From positions 1 through 33,934 of the forward strand of contig NW_021831915.1 in assembly GCF_006345805.1 (NCBI RefSeq): a stretch of 33,934 nucleotides of DNA, in the 5' to 3' direction. How positions within the stretch are numbered: the stretch's first letter is position 1; every line of letters begins with the position of its first letter. The notes below the pieces were generated by a model. The model did no database searches. It was not told the DNA's origin and was given only the letters and a program-made list of their open reading frames with translations. The position numbers were made by a program, and so were the translations under genes. The stretch comes from Octopus sinensis (lineage: Eukaryota). Below, piece by piece: positions 23,378-31,839 of this stretch.

Positions 23378-24157
23378 TTAATCCCCTGTATGGGTCCGTT
23401 TGTGTTTAGTTAAGTTACCAGCCTGTGAGAATGATTTACCACAGACATCACAGTGATATGGCTTCAGACCCATATGAATACGTTTATGATTAGTGAGACC
23501 ATCATTCCTAGAGAATGATTTACTGCAGATGTCACAGTGATATGGTTTCTCTCCTGTATGAGTACGTTTATGTTTAGTCAATTGACCAGATTCAGAAAAA
23601 TATTTACCACAGATATCACAGTGATATGGTCTTTCTCCTGTATGAGTACGTTTGTGGTAAGTCAAGTGAACAGATTCAGAGAATGATTTACCACAGATAT
23701 CACAATGATGTGGTTTCTCTCCTGTGTGAACACGTTTATGACTAGTGACACCATCATTCCTAGAGAATGATTCACCACAGATGTCACACTGATTTGGTTT
23801 CTCACCTGTATGAATACGGATGTGCCTTGTTAAGTTGTGAGAGTCAGTGAATGATTTACCACAGATATCACAGTGATAAGGATTCTCACGTGCATGAATA
23901 CATTTATGCATAGTCAAGAGACTACTTCTAGAGAATGATTTACCACAAATATCACAGTGATATGGTTTCTCTCCTGTATGAGTACGTTTATGGTTACTTA
24001 AGTGACCAAATTCTGAGAATGCTTTACAGATGTCTGATGTCAGGTATCTACCATATCCTGAACGTCTTGCTTCCCTGAGCATGGACATATTAAAGTTTAG
24101 ACGTCTGGCAACTGGGTTGGCAGATATCCACAAGATTATCCACCATCTCTCCAACAA
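23378..24157 (-). CDS. C2H2 zinc-finger array: 7 intact fingers plus 1 broken finger; N-terminus is LINE-derived; possibly a pseudogene
   Basis: Repeated C-x2-C-x12-H-x3-H with TGEKPY-type linkers from ~24034 to 23378. The track start is TTG; the first in-frame ATG is at 24088 (236 aa). Confidence 0.85.
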   Translation of the reverse strand: MLERWWIILWISANPVARRLNFNMSMLREARRSGYGRYLTSDICKAFSEFGHLSNHKRTHTGEKPYHCDICGKSFSRSSLLTMHKCIHARENPYHCDICGKSFTDSHNLTRHIRIHTGEKPNQCDICGESFSRNDGVTSHKRVHTGEKPHHCDICGKSFSESVHLTYHKRTHTGERPYHCDICGKYFSESGQLTKHKRTHTGEKPYHCDICSKSFSRNDGLTNHKRIHMGLKPYHCDVCGKSFSQAGNLTKHKRTHTGD

Positions 24158-24445
24158 CCTTGGGCACTTTTTTGAAATTCAAGTCTAGCTCTCATGAGTA
24201 AGCTTACAAAATCACTCAGCAACACAATACCCATGACTTTTGGAAACATATTTTCACACTCAGAATTGCTGAAGCATGGAATAAACTATCCAAATCAGTT
24301 GTCAGCTGTCGACACACTACAATCCTTCCAAATGTCCATGCTTCCTAAAATTCACCAACTGCAGACCTAATGCCACCACTTCTTTTTTTTTTTGTAGTGC
24401 ACACGAGCACTGTATATAACAATTTCATTATTATTATTATTTTTT
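24048..24445 (+). mobile_element. CR1-type LINE 3' end, antisense to and abutting the ZNF array
   Basis: [33 protein letters not shown].. and ..HDFWKHIFTLRIAEAWNKLSKSVVSCRH; 3' UTR GTGCACACGAGCACTGTATA + (ATT)n, same family as 938-1360. Confidence 0.9.
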
Positions 24446-24560
24446 AAATTCTGGCTGTCAAACTTGTCAGACTGAAACCCAATGGACAACTATATTTGGA
24501 GCATTGAAAGCAAAACTAATAAGTAACCTCACAATACTATAGTTTCACTGAAGGTTGCGC

Positions 24561-24750
24561 TACTACTAGCGAACAGTGGTCCCGGTGCACACCAGTTAGT
24601 CATGACTAGTCGATCCTTACTTTGTGTAAAAAAATTATTTATTTTGTGTTTTATTTACTTTGCTAGGTAGTCGTTGTAGGATCAACTACTCACGACTAGC
24701 TGGCACGGATGCGCAACTGCGCGCACCGGGACCACTATTCGCTAGTAGTA
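24561..24750. mobile_element. 190-bp MITE with long TIRs
   Basis: TACTACTAGCGAACAGTGGTCCCGGTGC..TAGTCGATCCT versus AGGATCAACTA..GCACCGGGACCACTATTCGCTAGTAGTA; TA at both ends. Confidence 0.85.
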
Positions 24751-25876
24751 CCCAGAACAACATATACAATAAAGCTTTCCAATGAAAAATTTAAAACTGT
24801 AATTTGAGAGAAAATTGCCTACTACCTCTAGCAGGTTGAGAAACCAGGTAAAGGCTACGGCTATATCTCTTTGTTGTTCTTTAAAGCCCAGAGCAGACCT
24901 ATGATAAAAGTTGTTTGCAAGAATATTAGGAATCCTATGACCGGTTAATGGAAAAGAAATACTATATATTATATGTTGATAAACGAAGGAAAGATTTTGT
25001 GTTTCGCGTGTGTATGTTTTAGTTTATCAAATTTTAGTATCAATTTGTTTGGTGGTTGTGCAAGCTTTCTTTATTTGATGTTGTGCTACTGCCGTCTTCT
25101 TTGTCATACGAGTTATTTTCGGTGTGGTTATGAATTGCTCCTAGTTTTGTTTGTTTTAATTATTCTCGTATTTGAAGTCATGAAATGTAATTTCTTTTAT
25201 TTTACCAACAAATGAAATACCTTCATGGAATCGTTTGACCTGTTTGAAATAACATTCTCTGCTCCTGCAGAACAACAACAACAATACAAAAACGATAAAC
25301 AACAACAATAACGACATTTTAAATAAAACAACTTTTGAAAATATATGATGAATATAGTGGGATACCTATTTCTTCACTACCCACAAGGGGCTAAACACAG
25401 AGGGGCAAACAAGGACACCTTGAAAAGGTAAAATAAAGGGAAGAGAAAATCGGCGGGAGAAAGCGACACGTCCGATTGTCACACACACACACACACTCTC
25501 TCTCTCTCTCTCTTTCTTTCTCTTTTCTCTCTCTCTCTCTCTTTCTTTCTTTCTCTCTCTCTCTCTCTCTTATACTCTTTCTGTCTCGAAAACCCATTTC
25601 ATTAAGAAGTAATAATGCAAAAGAAAAAAAATAACTTAAAATTATATAAATATATATATGTTCATATATGTGAATGTAGGAGTATTTCTTTTACGAATTT
25701 ATGTCTAAAGATAAGAATCGAGTCAAACGTTGGCATCAAAAGCTCCAATTTAAGAACCGATTATTTCTGAAAACACACTGATTCATTTTTTTGTATGGGA
25801 ATACGGTGAGGAAACAAAGATTTGCTTTAAGGCGGTAATAATATGTTTAAATAAGTGAAATATTTCAAGGTTACCC

Positions 25877-25907
<31 letters not shown>

Positions 25908-27124
25908 CTGTGGCATAACTACAGATGAACACCCCATCGACTTTGTTTCCTAATAACTTCCAGGAAAATGGATATTTTTAATGAAACTTCCACTTTCATT
26001 TTCTAAGAGAAAAGGATGCTCTCAAAAGAAATCCTCTTTTACAAAGCTCTTATTTAAATCCCTGTGGATAAATCCCAGCAAGAATCTTCTCAGGCTCTCC
26101 AATATTTTACGATTATATAAAGAGAAAGAATCGGGGGCCAGGAAGTGGGGCTAAAAATAATCAGAGATTTTTAAAATATTCTTTTTATTTTTTTGTAACG
26201 TAAATGTGTTTCTGAGGGAAAAAATGAGAAAAAAAAAGAAGACAAGGAGGGTGGTGTGCTAGAAACAACAGCCAAATCTCCCTTAAATCACACACTTTTT
26301 CCCTTGACCCCTTACAAAACATTTTGCCAACAAATTTCTTTTAATCGTAATCTACATCATTTGAAAGTTATTTCTATAAAATTTCATTCAAAAATACCCA
26401 TTTTCCTGAAATTTATGAGGAGGGAAAATGTCTCGTTGTGTGAATTTCGCGAAACTCCTTTCCGCAACCCTTCAGAAAATGTTTTTCCAACAAATCCTTA
26501 CAAAAACTCAATCTACAGGATCTAAACGATTATTTGTTGAAAGTTTCCTTCAAAAAATATCCATTTTTCTGCAAGTTATGAGGAAACAAAGTCGGTGGGG
26601 GTATATATCTGTAGTTATGCCGAATTTGCTTCCTCACAACTTTCGCAAAATTAAATGTTTTTTAATGAAATTTTCTACAAATATTCTTCAGATGGTTTAG
26701 ATTCCGATTAAATCGGAATTCATTGTGAAAACCGTTTGTCCCTGGGTGGGAAAAGCAGTTTTAGAAAATTCACAAGATTTGCCTTTGTTATGAAAGAAAA
26801 AAAGTTTTTCCTATAAATCCCCATAGAATCGGAATCTACACCATCTGAAGCATATTTGTAAGAAATTCCATGAAAAATATCCATTTCCCTGCAAGTTATT
26901 ACGGAAGAAGCATATACATCATAAAGGAACCTTTATACACATGTATATTTATATATACCTACATATACACACATGTCTTTGCTATGTTTTTTAAACACAT
27001 CAAACTCATAGATGCATACTTTTATAATATTTTACACTTAAACCGCCACAGGACAATATTTTCAGAGTTGCTTCTTAAAGAGTCCTTCACTTTTTTGATG
27101 ACAAACGATACAAATTTCAGAGTA

Positions 27125-27410
27125 TTTGGCTGTTATTTCTAGCATGATGTTAGGCCATCTATAGGACAACATTTGACATGGATGCTTTGGAAATTGTCCT
27201 TCGATTTTTATTTGTGATGAAACAAAAATGTGAAGGTTTAGGTGGCTCTTTCTAGCATGAAATGAGACCATATACAGGTCAATTTTATTTATGAATGCTT
27301 CTTATCTGTCCTTCAAATTTTATATGAAAAGTAAAGTGGTTTCTATTTCTAGCATGAAAAATGACCAGCTATGGGAAAGCTTTTACTGAATGCTTCTTAA
27401 AGTGTCCTTC
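27125..27410 (+). repeat. Three ~105-110-bp degenerate tandem units, same family as 16010-16450
   Basis: TTTCTAGCATGA near 27137, 27249 and 27346, each followed by GACCA/GGCCA, GAATGCTT and TGTCCTTC. Confidence 0.75.
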
Positions 27411-27424
27411 TCTTTTTTTATGAA

Positions 27425-27680
27425 CCCCCAACAGCAACAACAACAACCCTACGAGGACGAAAGGCAATGTTTGTGTGTGTGTGCAGTTGGAATGTCACTG
27501 CAACAACAACAACAACAACAACAATCTATTCTTATTAAACGTTAAAAACTGTCAGATGCAGACTGCACACACGCACACACAACGCTGATGACGACGACGA
27601 CGATGACGATGATGACGATGATGATGATGGTGGTGGTGATGATGATGACGACGATGATGATGATGGTGGTGGTGGCGGTG
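27425..27680. repeat. Trinucleotide tracts (CAA)n and (GAC/GAT/GGT)n
   Basis: Read directly. Confidence 0.9.
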
Positions 27681-27758
27681 GTCGTCTGCCTTTTAATGGA
27701 GAATCAATGATTATGAAAGTCTCTGGTTTCGGACCAGACATTCCTATACATACATGCA

Positions 27759-27821
<63 letters not shown>

Positions 27822-28077
27822 AACATACATACTTATAGCCTTATTTCTATACATACATTCCTAAATATGTGTGTATATATATATAAACACATGTACATAT
27901 ATTGTATATTAATATACATACACACACAAAGAGAGAGTGTTAAGGAATGTTACAACAATAAGTGTTAGTGTGTAGAATGCAATGTATGCGATGCAGGTTC
28001 GATTCCCGGGTGAAGCCATTTACAAGAAGAAGAAGAAGAAGAAGGAGAAGATTGAAGTTTAATATTTCTGGAAATAT

Positions 28078-31000
28078 TTATTTGTCAAAATAAAAGAAAG
28101 CAAAAGATTGACGTCCAAGAATAATTCCAAAAACCATCAAAGAATTGTCTGAAACATCCAAACCAAGAACTTCAAAGACTTCATTATCATCCCATCTGAG
28201 GAGTAAATATTTTGGATTATCTTTTAATCTCAGGATTTCATCATCTTCAGATGTTTCCTCTTCAATATGTCGAGGTATTTCGTAAATATTGTTATTTAAA
28301 TCTGTTATATAAACACATTCACCAATTATGGTCAGACGAGGTCTTGGAATATAATCTTCCGGACCTAAAATTATTCCTCTTTCTATTCTTATCTTCCTCA
28401 CCAAAGACTTTTCCCTGAACCATTCCACAAAACACAAATATTCCCAAAATTCTAACTCCTCCTCCTCCTCCATCTCCCTCCTCACAACAACAACATCACC
28501 AAAAGATGTGACTCCCACACCATCCACCCCTTCATCTCCCTCCAACCTTCCCCATCTCCCCATCTTCCCACGACATACTTCATCTTTACATTTCCCATCT
28601 TTGATATCAACCACATCCACATAATAAGGGTCAAAGATGTAGGGGTCATTGCAAACATAGTAATCCTTGTTGTTCTCCCACATTCTTTCGTATTTCTTGT
28701 GTCTCTCTTCTTGAGTTATGTCTCTAATATAATGACCACCACACACGAGTTGATTGTCGTTGTATTTATAAATCCTGTTGTAGTATTTCTCAGTTCTGAT
28801 GGTTTTTAAACGACGGAGATCCCTGTCAAAGACCCTCATTTCTCTCCCAAAGGCGACAATGAAACATTCCTCTGTCCACCGACAAATGTCCAGTGGTGGT
28901 CGTTGTTGTTGTTCATGTTGAAGTATGTCCACTGTTGTTGTTGTTGTTCTGATTAATGTGACACTTTCTCGAAACATCAACACACTCACATTCTCATCTA
29001 ACTTAATTAGTTTACTGTTCCGGTCCCTAATGTCCCTCAAATCATAATCAACAGGTTCCTCGAATGCAGGAATGGAAAAAGGGACCATTGCTGTCCTATA
29101 TGGAAGTCTCCTCACTGATATTTCATCAATTCCTGAATTATTAATCTCCGCTATGTAATTACCACATCTCACCTTTAATCTACCTTTACCAATTATTTCA
29201 CCTGATTTACCTCTTCTCCCTCCATCTCCATCTCCTCCTCTGTGTTCCAATTTATTAATTAATTCATTACTGAATATTTCCTTGTTTGTTTCAGATGTAA
29301 TGGAAGGGAAACGAAGACCAGAATCAAGATTTAATGACGACACAGATTCCAGAATGTTCACTTGGTCCCCATCAATCTTTATGCAATGACATTCAATCAA
29401 TTCAATATGTACACACCAGTAAATACCCGCCACTTTTCTCCATATTACACCATAAGGGATGAGACTCAACCAAACTTGAGATGTCTGCAAATCTTCTCCA
29501 TTCAGTTGAAATATTTCTTTCCTGTTAGGAACTGTGGCCATTATGTGTGATTCTTGTGTAAAACACACACCACCAACTAAACTTGCAACATTTCTGTGAC
29601 GTAGCAACTGGCCGTCTTCATCGAATATTTTAACATTTCCATTATTGGCTTTTTCACACACAACTGTCTTTCCTTCCTCAGAGACATCAAAATCTTTTAC
29701 TTGAACAGGACATTCGTCTGTTTGTAAACGAGCAACCGGGAAGCTGTCTCGATTCACCGTAAACAACCCTTCAACATACAATTCATTCGTTCCCCTCATG
29801 GGGCTTCCAACAAACCTTGGTCCTTTACAGTCTATACTGGAGAAATCTACTTCTTCTTTATAGATTCTTTTATTTAAAAATATTCTCTTGTATTCCCCAT
29901 TCTGGGTCAAACACAAAATGTTTCGATATTCAGATGAACCAGAACATTTCTCCCACCCACATTGAATGTACAAAAAACTGTCATCAATTGTCATCCTGTC
30001 ATCACCAGAATAATCATCCATGTAGTGTCTGACTGAATGTAAATATTGACCACCACTGTTGAAGAAAATGATGAATCTCCTGTTGAAGACAATGATGACA
30101 TCTTCATCAGTAACTTTAATATCCTGGATTCTATCAGAATAATTTCCATCTTCGTCTCTCCTTATTAATAGTTCAGGTATGTCTATTTTTTTTTTTTCCT
30201 CCACACTCGAATGTATTTCATCAATATCAACAAAATGCAAATGTCTTCCATCTCCCCATTCACTAAAAACCAGTTGATTGTTTGATAAAGAAGCCACACA
30301 ATTATATTTATTTCTCGTTTGGTAAATTACCAATGACAATGGAAATTCCACTTTTAATGTCAACAGTTGGGATTTATTAGAAAGATCAAAAATATCCCTC
30401 ATCGTAATGACCAGTGTGTTTGACTGCCATCGACACATTTTAATATATCTATAAACATTCACTTTGATTGAATCCATAAGGTGACCATCCAATGTGAATA
30501 TCTTAATGTTTCCATTCTCCTTGTCACATCCTGCAATCAGATTATTTTCAGTAAGAACCAAATGATTAATCCTCGCTGGTCCTTTGTCTCCCAAATGTTT
30601 AGGGAGAGGAATATGTCTGGCTTTATCAGAAACTGTCAGGTCCTGTAGATATAAAGTGGAAGACAACATTTCACTGAGAGAAATGTTTCTGGAAAATACA
30701 TCCACCAGGTCGATATAATAATTAAGTTGATTATTAGTAACGAGATCATTAACCAACAAATTCTGATCATTTATGGCAAACATATGGCTTCTGTCTATCA
30801 GATAAACAGACGTTTGGTCAATTGATCCACCTTGGAGACTGAGGGGACGTTTCACTTGGGACATTAAAACACTGGGAACCATCTGACAACCGCCATGACC
30901 ACCACCACCTATTCTAGTGTTGTACTGAAAAGCTTTTCCCCTAGTAACAATTAATAGCTTTTCTGTTTTCTTGTCTATTGATAATGATTTCACAAAAACA

Positions 31001-31839
31001 GGGATATTAATTGTCTTAATTACTTCCACTTGATTATAATAATTGATGGCTAAAATGTCTAAATGTGATGGTTTATCACAATAACAAACAATTTCACCTT
31101 CACCCATCTTACACACCCGTACATAAGGCTGCCTTAACGATACACTTCTCACTGTCTTTGATATGTTTCCAATGACCCTTAATTGTTTCTGTAGGGGTAA
31201 TGTGACCCCTATATGATTAGAATCCCATCGACATATATCTGTGGCTGTAGACGGCAGAGATAATCTGGACACAACGTCTCCTTCCTCAGAAATGTACAAC
31301 AAGCAATCATGCTTGATGTCGGACACCACCAACTGTCCATTGGACAGATTACATATTTCGCCAATTACAAGTTTTTGGTCATTCTCCTTTTCTTTGAGTC
31401 GTAGATTTAGATTTCTGATATAAGGACTTTTCGTGGGTAAACGACAGCCAGACGACCGGTCTTGATACTTGTAAAGAAGAACCCTGTTGAGTTGAGTGTC
31501 CGGGACATAAAGAGTTCCTTGGAAAACAGCAATGTGAGGGTGAACAGGGAAAGGCAGTTCCCACTGCCATTTCATTTGTCCATATAGATCGTAACATCTG
31601 AGAATAGAGTGTCTCCTGAAGAGGACATAGAAATAAACATTATCAGAGTAGATGTGATGAGGGTGGCCATAGAATGGAAGGTATTTTTGAAAAAGTTCTT
31701 CACCATATGTGGAATAAAATACCATTTTATTTTCGTTTCCATCTACGACTACAAAATTAATTGGAGTTGCAGCAATGCTGACATTATGATGTCCCAGAGA
31801 AATTCTTTCTGCAATGTCAACTTTATCTTCGTTGATCAA
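28078..31839 (-). CDS. 3' segment (1253 codons) of a giant multi-beta-propeller (NHL/TRIM-type-like) protein
   Basis: 3.76-kb stop-free frame of complex, beta-strand-rich sequence with repeated DICRW / KMCRW / Y..V...(N)NQLV motifs. The track start is TTG, and the frame is already open ~13 codons upstream (PPSGNKSEVHILL), pointing to continuation of the upstream ORF. Confidence 0.88.
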   Translation of the reverse strand: MINEDKVDIAERISLGHHNVSIAATPINFVVVDGNENKMVFYSTYGEELFQKYLPFYGHPHHIYSDNVYFYVLFRRHSILRCYDLYGQMKWQWELPFPVHPHIAVFQGTLYVPDTQLNRVLLYKYQDRSSGCRLPTKSPYIRNLNLRLKEKENDQKLVIGEICNLSNGQLVVSDIKHDCLLYISEEGDVVSRLSLPSTATDICRWDSNHIGVTLPLQKQLRVIGNISKTVRSVSLRQPYVRVCKMGEGEIVCYCDKPSHLDILAINYYNQVEVIKTINIPVFVKSLSIDKKTEKLLIVTRGKAFQYNTRIGGGGHGGCQMVPSVLMSQVKRPLSLQGGSIDQTSVYLIDRSHMFAINDQNLLVNDLVTNNQLNYYIDLVDVFSRNISLSEMLSSTLYLQDLTVSDKARHIPLPKHLGDKGPARINHLVLTENNLIAGCDKENGNIKIFTLDGHLMDSIKVNVYRYIKMCRWQSNTLVITMRDIFDLSNKSQLLTLKVEFPLSLVIYQTRNKYNCVASLSNNQLVFSEWGDGRHLHFVDIDEIHSSVEEKKKIDIPELLIRRDEDGNYSDRIQDIKVTDEDVIIVFNRRFIIFFNSGGQYLHSVRHYMDDYSGDDRMTIDDSFLYIQCGWEKCSGSSEYRNILCLTQNGEYKRIFLNKRIYKEEVDFSSIDCKGPRFVGSPMRGTNELYVEGLFTVNRDSFPVARLQTDECPVQVKDFDVSEEGKTVVCEKANNGNVKIFDEDGQLLRHRNVASLVGGVCFTQESHIMATVPNRKEIFQLNGEDLQTSQVWLSLIPYGVIWRKVAGIYWCVHIELIECHCIKIDGDQVNILESVSSLNLDSGLRFPSITSETNKEIFSNELINKLEHRGGDGDGGRRGKSGEIIGKGRLKVRCGNYIAEINNSGIDEISVRRLPYRTAMVPFSIPAFEEPVDYDLRDIRDRNSKLIKLDENVSVLMFRESVTLIRTTTTTVDILQHEQQQRPPLDICRWTEECFIVAFGREMRVFDRDLRRLKTIRTEKYYNRIYKYNDNQLVCGGHYIRDITQEERHKKYERMWENNKDYYVCNDPYIFDPYYVDVVDIKDGKCKDEVCRGKMGRWGRLEGDEGVDGVGVTSFGDVVVVRREMEEEEELEFWEYLCFVEWFREKSLVRKIRIERGIILGPEDYIPRPRLTIIGECVYITDLNNNIYEIPRHIEEETSEDDEILRLKDNPKYLLLRWDDNEVFEVLGLDVSDNSLMVFGIILGRQSFAFFYFDK

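Noticed and set aside
21465-24157. Mariner-ZNF (SETMAR-like) fusion gene
   Set aside because: Opposite strands, and the mariner is frameshifted with stops.
27535-27822. Poly-Pro/poly-Ser ORF
   Set aside because: Antisense reading of (GAT/GAC/GGT)n tracts attached to a TA microsatellite.
27960-28018. tRNA-like segment with GGTTCGATTCCCGG B box
   Set aside because: No acceptor or anticodon stem can be folded; at most a tRNA/SINE remnant.
31823-31839. Operon-like overlap of two separate genes (prokaryotic or viral style)
   Set aside because: The downstream ORF has no ATG at its start, and the junction falls in the middle of a repeat module; one frameshifted gene is the simpler reading.
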